NCBI GenBank assembly: GCA_039621445.1 | Contig: CP154954.1 | Span: 30,260,395-30,324,394 of the forward strand | Source: Euglena gracilis | Taxonomy: Eukaryota | DNA length: 64,000 nucleotides | Reading direction: 5' to 3' | Part shown: piece after piece, positions 12,780 through 24,434 of the stretch | How the letters are laid out: each line of letters begins with the position of its first letter | Position numbering within the stretch: position 1 is the stretch's first letter | The notes under the pieces: model-generated | The model's database searches: none | Told to the model about the DNA's origin: nothing | What the model saw: only the letters and a program-made list of their open reading frames with translations | Translations under genes and position numbers: made by a program

Positions 12780-13730
12780 CTGAGAGTTCTGGCCTCTCTC
12801 AGACCTCACCCCCCCCCCCCGGCGCTTTGGCCCAGGCTTTGATGAAATCAAAGCTGGGAGGCTGACTTTGGAGGCCTTGGCATGAAACCTTGAAACCTGA
12901 CATGTATTCCCTTTACCCGTGTGAAGATGTATCTAACCCAGCGTTTCCTCTGCAGACCTGAATCACCACAGTTTGTTTGATAAATGAATGTCCACTGCCC
13001 CCCTCCCCCAAATAAATTTAAAACCCCTCTCCCAAACGACTTTGCAACCAAATGTCTTTGCAAAGGGGAAGGCTTTCCCCTTTGCAAAGGCTGTGCAAGA
13101 AAAATAATACGTGAGGAACGTGCACCTTTTTGGAAAAGGAGGAGGTGGTGCGCAAAAAGAAAAAAATCATCCAAAATGTAGAATCATCTGTAATGTCCGT
13201 AATGTATCCGTAAATGTATACGTAACCTTGTCCGATGAATTAATGTGTAAGGTTGTGTGACGCTTAAAGAAAAGTCGTCCATCCGTCCATCAATGGTTTG
13301 GGTTTGGGTATTTCCCAAATACCTTTGCACGGCCTGGGCCAAATAGATGGTCCATTAGCTAAGCAAGGGCAAAGTTTGTTTGGGGGGGGATGCAGACGTT
13401 TCTTTTAGGACCCGGAGGTGCGGACCCACCCACCCTGCCCCTCCCGGGGGGTCAGGGGACCCACTTTTGAGGGGTCAACTTTGGGTCCAAAAAATTTTTG
13501 GCGCTTCCGCCAGAAATAGAGGACACACCTCTGGCAAGGAACCCACTCGGTCCGACCCCCCAGGACCCAGCCCCCCACCCCCCCCCCTCCCCCCAGTCAC
13601 GAAACTGGAAAAAAAATCTCAAGGCGTGACAGGAAACTCAGGACTCAAGAAGTTTTGCTCAAGCTGGGTTCCTGTGCCAATGAAAACACATAATGTCCAG
13701 CACCATTTGCTGGCCGTGAAGGATGTTCGC

Positions 13731-13888
13731 CTGCTGTGTGACTGCGTGAGGATGCCAATGATTGGAAGGTCAAACACGTCCAGGCCACGGTGTGGTGCGG
13801 GTCGAAGTCAAGGTGTGTGTCTTGGTGGGGGGGGGGGGGCGTCAGCGACACGGTGAGCAACGTCACAGTCGCCCGCCGTGCTGATGGT
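13731..13888 (-). CDS. probable exon pair (13828-13888 and 13731-13803) separated by a candidate 24-nt intron
   Basis: Acceptor gccCTGtgatg|ACC (CTG-N5|R, phase 0). Reads TISTAGDCDVAHRVADAPPP / RPAPHRGLDVFDLPIIGILTQSHS. Donor AG|GCGAAC (phase 2) matches the next exon. The single in-frame TGA lies within 13804-13827. Confidence 0.5.
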
Positions 13889-16800
13889 CATCACAGGGCA
13901 GCTTAGGGCAGGGGGAGAGCGTCTGGCATTGAACCCACCGGGCACCGGGGCAGTGTGAACCCCCTCCGAATCTGAACATAACTTGGCCCGTTAGCCTCCC
14001 AGGAAAGGCAGGCATGGAAAAGCACCCCTCCCCCCCCCGGAGGTTTGCGAAGGGCAGTCCAGCCAGCGGCCAATTGGGTTGGGCCGATTCCCAACATCTC
14101 AGGAGAAAGCATATAAATACATCTGAGTTGGAATTTTTCCGACCAAATCAGTGGGATATCAAAAAAGCCTCAGTCGGGGATGACCATGCACAAGGTTAGG
14201 GTGCAACATGGAGCCTTGAAAACAATGGAAAACACAATCAATACAACAATAGAAGAAAAAAAACAGCACGAAAAACACAACGCAAAAAAAAACAACGAAA
14301 TTTCGATGTGAATGAATTTTAAGGTTTTCAGGCAGGCTTTTGCTAAAGGAAAGAAGGGGTCCAATGGCTGGCCCTTTCACTGGACACACTGGGCTAGCCT
14401 CCCCCACCCCCCCCCAGGGGGAAAGGCAGGGGTTCCCCGACAAGGAAAAGATTCCTCCGGCTGCGTACCGAGGTGGAAATGGGAGTTTTAAAGAGAGAGA
14501 GTTTTTTTTGCCTGATTTTGATCTATTAAAAAGAATCCCGAAAATGAAAAAAAATGGACATTAAGCCTACATCCAGGGGAAACAAAAAAAATAAAACGAC
14601 TGATTCTACATGCAAATTCTTGCACAATCCCAAAAAAAAAATGCGGAAAAAGTTTGGTGACACAGAAAGCTTATAATTATAAGCTTTAATTATTATTTAA
14701 ACAAAATGCTGAAGTCTTCAAAGTCAAAAACGGTGCCAGCAGAACACAAAAAAAAAGCAGGGGAAAAAACAAAAAAAACCAACAAGCTCGGGGGGGGGAT
14801 GCGCTACGGGCGCCAGCCTGACGCAAAAATGCGCAAAAATTTGCGCATTTTTGGAAGAAGGTGCACAACATGTGCAAAAGTCTGAAAGAATAAGCACAAG
14901 AATGACAAAACTGCAGAAATTACACAAAAATATAAAAAAAATGCCACCAAATTTTCAAAAATTATATGGATTTAAGAGATGTATACCAATTTGAAAGAAA
15001 AAAAATCAAAATAAAAAAATGCAAAACATTGTGAAAATGGTCAAAAATGCGAAAAAACAGGGTAAATCGCGAAAAAATGCGTCAAAGAGCAAAAAAAATG
15101 CGCTGAGAAAACCACCATGTCCCTATTTGAAACTCCCTCCTCGACAGAAGAAGCCTCTCGGATTTAGCACACAGTGCCGAACAGAAGCCTAAGCCTACTC
15201 AAACTCCCCTTCAGATTTTGGAGGGGGGAAATGCGGTTTGCATTTTTGCTTATTTTGAGCATTTTTTCAATTTTTCCAATAACACGCCTTTTTCGATTGA
15301 GGGGTTGAGTTCAAAACAATAAAAAAAAATTGTTAAAAAACAAAAGAAAAAGGTGTGTGTTTCTCCTGAAAAAAAACATTGCTTCGCACAAAAAAAAGCC
15401 AAACAAAAACTTTCCGGCGCCTTCGGCGCCAGGCCAGACACTTTTTCATTTTCAGGGACCCCACCCCGGGGGGGGGGGGGAGGGGTCTTGGCCAGAAAAA
15501 CAGTCAGTCAACCCCCCCCCGGGGGTGGGGTGGGACGGGTGTTGAGCAATGTTATGATCTTGAGCCCAAAAGTAAGTTCTTTTTGGACTCCCCCCGGAAG
15601 AGGATTGAATTCACATAAAGCAATTAATGGATTGCTTTCAACAACTGCAAAGAAAACAGTAAAATCTGGCAAAAAATGGCAAACATGGCAAAATGTTCAC
15701 AAAGGTTTAGTCGTTAGCTTGAAAGGCTGGATTATTCTTTCCGGTGTGAACCAGTTCAAGATGGAGTGACCAAATCCCCCCTCAAAGAGAGCGAACAGGA
15801 GACTGACGCCACAGCTCACTCCAGCTGAATTCCTGGAACCATGGAGGGGAGTCATTCTGGGGGCGGTGGAACCCACGCACCTCCAGGCACATACGGATTT
15901 GGGAAAACCCATGTGCGCACCCTACGGGCCAAAATATTGCGGATATTGTTGTGAGGATTGTTGGGATCAGGAGATTTCTCAGAAACCGGGGGGGGGGGGG
16001 CAGCCGGCTGGAAAAAAAGGTGCAGGCTAGCCACAAAACCCCCAGGGGGTGGGGGGTGCAGAGGGGGTGGATCCCACTGGCTGCCAGGCTGGACCTGACT
16101 GGCATCAGAAAAAAAGCCCAAATCCAGCCAAGTTTTTTGAGGTAAGTCCCCCCCAAAAAAACCCTCAAAAATGTCCATTTTTGATCCCTTTTTCCAAAAA
16201 CTTTCGATGAAAAATTTTATGTCAAGCCCAGCTTTGCCGGGCTTTGTTAACACCGACCCTGGGGGGGGGGGGGTCCGCAGCCCGGCTGGGAGCTTCTGGC
16301 TGGAAAAAAGGTGCTAGCTGGCTGGACCCTGAAACAAGATAGGGTGGCATAAGGAATCACCTGTCAGGATTCATCAAGATATGTCATTCATTGAACATTC
16401 ACTGGAGGTGCTTGGCGAGGCCCCCAGCAACACGCTTGCTGAGGCCCCGGCAGGAGACCTAACGTGCACACTGCCAGGGCGTCAAGGATGGCAATGCCAA
16501 GAGGTGGATGGCCATCGTCCTGTGAGTCTGTCCAGGGCACACCTCAGCCGGGCAACACTCTGGGCGATTGCAAGAAGAAGAAGAAGAAGAAGAAAACGAA
16601 ATTTAAAATGATTTTCCTCCTTTTTTTCCTTTTTCCTTTTTTTTTCCTCCTCCTTCCTCCTCCTCCTTTTTCCTCCTCCTCCTCCTGATTTTCTTGGGTC
16701 CTCCTCCTCCTTTTTTCCTCCTTTTTTTTTTTCCCCTCCTTTTTTTTTCCTCTCCTCCTGTTTTTTTTGATTTTTTCATTTTTTGGGGGGTGGGGGGCGT

Positions 16801-17106
16801 TTTGTGAGTCAGATGCTCCGGTGGTGTTGGGTGTGGTTACTCATGCCCCCCTTCGGGGCTTGGGCATCGTGATTATCGAAGTGAAGAATTCAATTCAAAG
16901 CATGTTACTAGGTGCCTTCGGGGGGGGGGGGGGCAAGCAAAAAGACCTGGTAGTATGTATCAAACAAAGAATCAGTTGCACATTGAAGGAAAAAAAATCA
17001 AAATAAATTGGTGGGAAAGCTCCAATTTCAGTCTTTAGACGATTGAAGCGATTGAAGCGTGCAGGGAGTGCTTGCAGGGAGCTCCGTGGCTAGCTGTGCC
17101 CTGCCT
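13889..17106 (-). other. non-conventional intron
   Basis: aggCAGGGCACAGCTAG...CTAAGCTGCCCTGtgatg|A, phase 0. Confidence 0.7.
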
Positions 17107-17171
17107 AACTTCGCTGACTGTGCTGTGAAGACAAGCCGCGGCCACCCAGCCCATATAGAGGTGCGCCGCCC
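17107..17171 (-). CDS. probable exon of the SIN1-like gene
   Basis: Reads AAHLYMGWVAAACLHSTVSEV. Donor GTT|aggCAGGGCA pairs over 7 bp with TGCCCTG at 13894-13900. Confidence 0.6.
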
Positions 17172-17276
17172 CTGCCTCCCCAGCCAGGGGATGCTGAAGG
17201 CCCCAAGGGCACCCCCGGCGGGGGGCACCCCCAGGAGGCAAGCTGGCCGGAGGGGGCAAGGGCAAGGGCAAGGCAC

Positions 17277-17325
17277 CCGAAGCGACTGGGGCGAGTGGGG
17301 ATGAAGTGGTCGGGCCGTGGGCGGG
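17277..17325 (-). CDS. probable exon of the SIN1-like gene
   Basis: tccctttcaag| acceptor, reads PAHGPTTSSPLAPVAS, G|GTGCCT donor; phase 1 fits the next acceptor. Confidence 0.5.
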
Positions 17326-17651
17326 CTTGAAAGGGAACGGGGATGGGCGGGCGCATTTCCGCAAGTGTCGTTCACACAAAATGTGCCCCTGGAGACCCGC
17401 TATCGCCCCCCCATATGGCTCAGTTTTGCGGCCCAAAACGGCCATTTTGGGGTGTTTTGGGGCTGTTTTTTTTTTCGGTCAAAAATCGATTTTTTCAAAA
17501 TATCTCGACAATGAAGCAAAATCAAAGGAGGACCAAAAATCACCACCAACCATGCTTGACTTTTTCCCCGACTCTTCGTGGAGCCCGAGTTACGGCCATT
17601 TTTTCAGCCAACGGTCGTCCAGCTAATGAGAATTTTGCACCAGAAACACAC

Positions 17652-17783
17652 CGACGCGGGCACAGGTGGGACCAGTTCCCTCTCTGCCGGGAGGGAAAGG
17701 GGGGGTCGGGGGGCCAACGGCAGGCCCCCTACTAGGAGCAGCGCTGCTGGCGCACCATCACGGGAGATAGGTATGCGGAGGGC
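17652..17783 (-). CDS. probable exon of the SIN1-like gene
   Basis: ccCTGcttcag|G acceptor; 132 nt reading ALRIPISRDGAPAALLLVGGLPLAPRPPLSLPAERELVPPVPAS; donor TCG|GTGTGT. Confidence 0.55.
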
Positions 17784-18461
17784 CTGAAGCAGGGGGTATT
17801 GTTGAAGGCTCCTGAAAAAAAAAATTTCAACTTACGCCTGAAAAAAGTACCCCCTAATCCTGGGTTAGGGGGACGGGTGGAGAGGCAGAGGGAAAGGGAA
17901 ACATGTGAGGGCCACATTTTCTCAACTTGCCGAAGCAGCCGAAGCAGCACTGGGTCCATTTCATTGTGCGAGATGTGCGCATGGAATTAACAACGCTCCG
18001 AGTTGTAAGCATCATCCGTGTTTGACAATCGCCCATATATCACCCGTGGCACTGCCCTCTCTTGGTTTATTTTGTCCATGCCCCCCCTTCAAAATCCGCC
18101 ACCTGTGAACCGGGCCCCCAGGTTGGCCGCCCAGGCACCCCTCCCATCGTGGCCCGGGCCGGGCGCCATTGGGAGGTCAGCCAACAAGGGTTCTCTTCCC
18201 TGTCTTCAAGTCAGACGGTGGTGTGCGGACCACCCGAGGCCCCTAACCCCTGCCCCAATTGGCCAACTGGGCTCTGGCCAATTTGGGGGGTGGGGCAAAT
18301 AGGGGGAGGGGGTCGCTGAGCTCTTATCTCTGTTGAGCAAGAGCGAAGCTTACCACCGGGGAAAAGGTGGGTCGAACTCCCCGCCAGGACATCCAAAGGT
18401 CCAAAAAAAATGGGGTCCACAACTGTGCATTCGGACGGAAGGCAAACGTTGGTATGGGCAC

Positions 18462-18548
18462 CACCCAATGCAAGGACCCGTGGGAGGCCGCTCCCGCCAG
18501 GGTTTGACGTTGGACCAGGTGGGGCAGGTGGTCCTCATCCTGGCTTGT
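18462..18548 (-). CDS. candidate exon
   Basis: cgttcccag| acceptor; reads TSQDEDHLPHLVQRQTLAGAASHGSLHW(V); GT donor after 18465 or 18462, both phase 0. Confidence 0.4.
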
Positions 18549-19758
18549 CTGGGAACGGTGGGTGAGGTTTTCAGAGATTTGGCATGCATCAGGTTAGGGA
18601 GTTGGGATTTATTGTTTTTGCTGCTCGGGCAAGGGCGTTTGGTGTGAGGTTGCATTGCGAACCTCGCTTCAACTCAGCGAAGGTTCCTGCACGAGGCTTT
18701 CGAAAGGCTGACGCAGGAAGCCACACACATATGGGTCCCACATCCCGAGGTCAATCGTCGACCTGGTGATGGACAAAGGTGCAAGATGCCAGAATTTCTT
18801 GGAGTGTTGTTTTCAAATTATTCAATTTTTTGTCAAATGGAAATAATAAGAATTGTGGCCTTTCCTCAGATGATCTCAGTGGCAAAACACACCAGAACCT
18901 TCACCACAGATTCGCTGACCTTCAATGACCTCCGGTGCACTTTTCTCCAGATCATACTTGTACTCATTTTCTTTAGAAAACCATCCCACCCACTAACCCA
19001 CCCAAACCACAAAAAATCAGCCAGAAAAACTCCTGAAAGGTCTTGTCCTGGCCTTTGGCCTTCCCGTTTTTCCAGGAGAGAAAATTTCAGGTCAATTTTT
19101 TCCTTTGGTGCCAATCATTCCTTGTCAGTCCAATATCTCAACCCACGTTCTTTTGTCATAATCCCATATAAACCAAACCAACGACAAGAAAAGAGGATTA
19201 GATCTGCATACCCTCCCAAAGTCCTGGGCATTAAAACGTTGGGGACATGAAACCCTATCCCACTGGTATGAACAGGCCTCCCACCATCTTAGCGTTATGC
19301 CCAAGGATAGTAGTATGGGCTGCAAATTGTAATTCTCAAACACACATGCCCCCCCCTTGATCGCATCCCCCCATATTTGAGCCTCGAGATCTGGATTTTC
19401 AAATGCTGAAGTTTTTGGTGGGCTTTGGGGGGACCCCCCTAATTGACCCCCCATGATTGCATGATTGGCCCTCGTCTTGGTCGGAGGGCCAATCGGGGGG
19501 TAATCATTGGCATGACACATGTTAACTCAATACAGATGATTATTTTTTATTGGGTTTATTCTTTGTCCGCTTTCCATTTCTCAGAATTGAAGGTTCAAAA
19601 ACAAACTTCTGCAGAAAAAATGTTGCAATAATGCACCATTGCCCAAGCAAGGCAGCTGCAGTCAACAGAGTATAAATGATGGAGGGCACTGAAAGCGTTT
19701 CGAAGCTTCCATATGCCACTCCATTTTGTCCCAAGGTCATCAGGACTGGAGGGGGGGG

Positions 19759-20152
19759 CAGGGTTCGATATAAGGACAGGTGGGGGGGGGTCCGGACCCC
19801 CACCCCTGCGGGCCAGGAGGGGGGGGGGTGGGGGGGGACACCCCCCCACCTAAACAGTGGCGCGGTCCGGGTGACCGAAAAAAATTGACCCCCCAAAACG
19901 ACCAAAAGTGCCATTTTGGGCACTCTTGGGGCAAAAATTTGCAAAAAAAATGCAAAAAATTTTCGGCGCAAAGCGCCGGAGGAAAAAATTGACCCTTTTT
20001 GGGGGGTCCCGGGTACCCCCCCCAGGGTCGGTCCGGACCCCCCTGGCAGGTGGGGGGGGGGGGGTCCGGACCCCCCTGCGGGCCAGGAGGGGGGGGGGGG
20101 TGGGGGACACCCCCCACCTAAACCATGTACGCCCTCCTTATATCAAACCCTG
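19759..20152. mobile_element. hAT-like MITE, family A (TIR CAGGGTTCGATATAAGG)
   Basis: TIRs cagggttcgatataagga / tccttatatcaaaccctg; flanked by G runs, so the TSD is uninformative. Confidence 0.85.
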
Positions 20153-21100
20153 GGGGGGGGGACAGAGCTGCATGGGAAGGCCAGGTGGACCAAAGGCAGG
20201 AAAAAACCCACCTTTAATGGTAATTTGCAAGCAGAATTTGGCGCAAAGACACCTCCGCACATGTGCACTACTTTGCAAAAAAAAATTTTGGTTCTATCAG
20301 CACCAGCGGCCAACCATTTCATCAATATGTTTATTTCGCTATTTGTTGGGTTGATCCTTTGACTTGGTTTTTTGATGCAGTCACTGTTGTCCATTTTGGA
20401 TTGCCTGGCTTCCAGGTGACCAGGCCAAAAGAAACCAAGACCAGCGCCCCCTTTCAGAAGCGCCATCAATGTCAATGCACACATTCAAAATCCTTTCCGA
20501 CTTCCTACCAAGCCCTGGGGACCAGCCATTGGATTTTTGTGAAGTGCAAAAAAAAATGGAATGCCTCAACAACGAGGTAAACGGTGGCAACGCAGTGGGG
20601 GAGTGTGGTCATCTGTGCCATTCTGAAATCAAGAAAAAAACTGTCTGGGGTCGAGTTCCTTCAATGCAGGCTGTTTCTCTCTCACCAGAGGAACGGCATC
20701 TGCTCCAAAAGAATGAACAATGAACAAGCTCCAAGGAAATGAACCAAAAACAAAAAGCAGGCTGACATTCCATTTACAAAAAAAATAATATATATGGCAG
20801 CAAGATTTTACTTCCCCCCCCCGGGGGCCAAGTAAAATCTCCGGGAGGGTGTCAATGAAAAACTTTGGGTTAATGATGGAATAGGGTAAGGGTTTGGCGT
20901 TCGGCCTAACTTGGCCTGACTTATGGACGGGTGTCAGGTGTACAAGTTAGGCCGAACTCCAAACCTTAACCCCCACTTCTCAATAACGCAAAGAAATTTT
21001 GGACCCCTTTGGGGATATACATGCACGTATGAGTATATATATATATATATATATATGTATGGCAGGTGGGAACTATAAGACCCCCGGGTGGGGTCCTAAA

Positions 21101-21983
21101 CTATATCTATATCTATATCTATATCTATATCTATATCTATATCTATATCTATATCTATATCTATATCTATATCTATATCTATATCTATATCTATATCTAT
21201 ATCTATATCTATATCTATATCTATATCTATATCTATATCTATATCTATATCTATATCTATATCTATATCTATATCTAGTCTATATCTATATCTATATCTA
21301 TATCTATATCTATAAATATATCTATATATATATATGTCTGCATCTATTATGTCTGCATATCATATGTATGTGTGTTTATATATATGGCAGGTGGGAACTA
21401 TAAGACCCCCCCCGGGGGGGGTCCTGAACTTCACCCCGCGATGGACACCCTTTATTTGAAGGTATAGGGGGAGGTGCGCACATGCTGATTTGTGCCAATT
21501 GGCAACGTGGCGCTAATCGGCTATGTTGCGCAACATAGCCAATTAGCGCAACATAGCCAATTAGCGCAAATTAGCATGTGCGCGCCTAACCCTATACCTT
21601 CAATAATGGGGGTGTCCAGATATAGATATAGATATAGATATAGATATGGATATAGATATAGATATAGATATAGATATAGATCTAGATATAGATATAGATA
21701 TAGATATAGATATAGATATAGCTATAGATATAGCTATAGATATAGATATAGATATAGATATAGATATAGATATAGATATAGATATAGATATAGATATAGA
21801 TATAGATATAGATATAGATATAGATATAGATATAGATATAGATATAGATATAGATATAGATATAGATATAGATATAGATATAGATATAGATAGAGATATA
21901 GATAGAGATATAGATAGAGATATAGATATAGATATAGATATCAATGTAGACATAGATACAAAAAGATATAGAAATAGATATAG
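21101..21983. repeat. (TCTATA)n and inverted (TAGATA)n tracts around a hairpin MITE (21442-21618)
   Basis: Direct inspection; MITE arms tggacaccc..tgaaggtataggg / ccctataccttca..gggtgtcca. Confidence 0.9.
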
Positions 21984-22246
21984 AAACCCGAGGGGGGTTG
22001 TTATTTGGGGGGGATTCTAATTGGGGGGTTAATACACCTCCACAGAGGAAAGGGAAAAGGCAACGTGATAGACCCCACGCCAGCTGTGGGCGAAAACCCT
22101 AAGGAGCAAGCACACGCGGGGGCTTCCTCATGCTGCACACGCGAACAACCTTAGGCACCGCCCACCACAAGGCACACGCCATCGCACAAGGTGCGGTGAG
22201 AGGCAGAGACAGCAGCATGCCCGAGCAACATTGTTCAGAAGGACAC

Positions 22247-22263
22247 CCTGGGGGGGCTGCCAT
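22247..22263 (-). CDS. candidate 17-nt micro-exon
   Basis: Strong acceptor cctttcttttgtag| and donor AGG|GTGTCC (same hexamer as two other donors in this gene). Reads (D)GSPPR; phases bridge the neighbours. Confidence 0.35.
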
Positions 22264-23471
22264 CTACAAAAGAAAGGTGCTGATTGCAGGATTACATTTC
22301 ATTGCAAGGTGATGATTGCTGATTGTGTTTCTTAAGTACCCCCCAGCCGGCCAGCTGGAAAAAAAGGTGCTAGCTGGACCCTCCCCCCAAGGGTGGGTCC
22401 AGGGAGGTTCCTGCTGGCTGCCAGGCTGGACCCCTCTGGCACCCAAAAACAGGTGTAAAAAAATCCCAAATCCAGCTGGGTTGGCATTTGTTTCAGCCAT
22501 TGAGGTGAAAATCCAATACCAAAAACAGCCATTTTTTGGCCGTTTGTTGACCCCCCCCTTTTCAAAAAAGATTGGTCCAGCCCGGCTTTGCCGGGCTGTG
22601 AGATCTCCATAACCACTCCCCCCCTGTTGTCCCAACAACCTGCTCCCAGAAGGCAATTTGAATGTGCAAAGGAATTCCATTGGCCCGGTCAAAAATCCTC
22701 TGTTGGCCGGGGCCCAGGAACAAAGAGGGGGGCAATAGGGGGGGGGTACCACTCGACCCCCAGGGGGGGTCCACACACACATGCGCGCGCACGCGCGCAC
22801 GCACGCACGTATACACAAGGGGGGGGTGCTGGCTGGAAAAAAAAGGTGCTGGTTGGCTGCACCCCCCCCGGACAGGGTGGGATCCGGCTGAAGAAATTCC
22901 CTGGCCGGCTGGACCCAGTTGGGTCCAGCCAGCCCTTGACGAAATGGTTGGTCCGGGCTGGGGGGATTTTCAAAAAATCAAATCAAAAATCAAAAAAAAA
23001 ACTCATATTATAAATGATTGCCACATTTTCATTGGTTCAATTAAGCCGAAATCAAAGGCACACATTTCTGTTCCAATAGCTTTTTTTGTTATTTTTTTTT
23101 GAAAATAATAGCAAAGGTACAAAAAAAACGAGAAGGCAACTATTTTGCCATACTTTCACAATAATTTTTACCTTGCTGTTGCATGTCAATTAGGAATTAT
23201 TTTCGTTCATTTTTTGAAAAGAAGCCCAAAGAAAGAAATGAAAAATCTATTTTTATTCAGAATGATTTGAATATGTCAATCCAAAAAAAAGCAAAGTACA
23301 AACAAAGTACTGGAGAAAGAGAGCTTCTTGGGGTTATTTTGGATTTTAGATTTTCAAGGAATAGGTTATCTCGACAATGCACAGTGCTTTTGCAGGCTGG
23401 TGAATTTGAAGTCAACGGTCTGAAGCCCATCAGCTGCATTTGCAGCTCCAAGGGCTTGAAGCATGCGGGAC

Positions 23472-23500
23472 CTTGCTTGTGTCCGTGCATCCTCTTGGGC
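23472..23500 (-). CDS. candidate 29-nt exon
   Basis: cacag|G ... CAAG|GTCCCG; reads (W)PKRMHGHKQ; phase 2 in and phase 1 out fit the neighbours. Confidence 0.35.
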
Positions 23501-24318
23501 CTGTGTGTTCGCAAGAGTTGGAATCAAGCAACCCAGATTGGAAAAGGCTGGACTACAACGGGGACTGAACAAAGCATGCTGAAAATGCAATTAAAATTGT
23601 ATCACAAAGACAAAACATGTTTGCATCGATGCACGCGAAAATGGGGGAAATCAAAAATGCAGGTAAGATGAGCAGATTTGGGGGGAAGAGACAAAATTTC
23701 GAGGTTCTCTTGTCTCTGTGACATGAAACCCCTTCTTCCTCTTGACTCAGATTCGGAGGCGCGGCATGTCTGACGAGGACGCTCGGCCACCGGGGGGGAG
23801 GGGGGTGCCCATTTTGCCGTGCCGTGGTGGGGGTTGGACCCGGGTGGGGGGGTGCCGAACCTCCTTCAGGGTCGAAGATTTCCCTGGTCGGGGGGGCATC
23901 ATTGGGGGAAAAAATTATTGGTGACACAGGGGAGAACATGTCAACCTTGAAAACCCTCAAAAATTGAAAATATCATAGTTATGGTCAAGTCTCAGACGGG
24001 TTTGAGGCTTTCAAAACAAACAAACAAACAAACAAAAGACTGACCCAAAATCCCTTCGTTGTTCTCCATGAAAACTTGGCTCGTTCATTGGCCCTTAGTT
24101 TCCCTGCTCGTTCAAACAAGTTCGTTGGACATGACTCTTATGAGAAAGAGAACAACCGTGGAGCCTCAATCAACCACTCCACATGACGAGGCAAGCGCCC
24201 GGGCATGGGCAAGACGAGCCCCAACACCATGGCCGGAAACCACAGTGAGAAAGCCCAAGGAAGGACCAGCAGCAACGACAGCTGGACGGGCCGCCGGCCA
24301 AACTGGGACTGCGCACAC

Positions 24319-24434
24319 CAGTGCCGGAGCTGGGCCCCGCAGGGCGCCAGCAGCTGCTGGATTGCCGGCGCGGTACGGGCTTGGATGGGGTGGAGGAAGC
24401 CGTCGACCACGCTTTGCCTCCACAGGGCCAGGCC
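24319..24434 (-). CDS. probable exon, same gene or an upstream minus-strand gene
   Basis: ccgctttgcag| acceptor; reads GLALWRQSVVDGFLHPIQARTAPAIQQLLAPCGAQLRH; donor TG|GTGTGC. Confidence 0.55.

Noticed and set aside
18100-18200. Possible exon ending CAG|GTGGCG
   Set aside because: No consistent acceptor and phase could be found; left unresolved.
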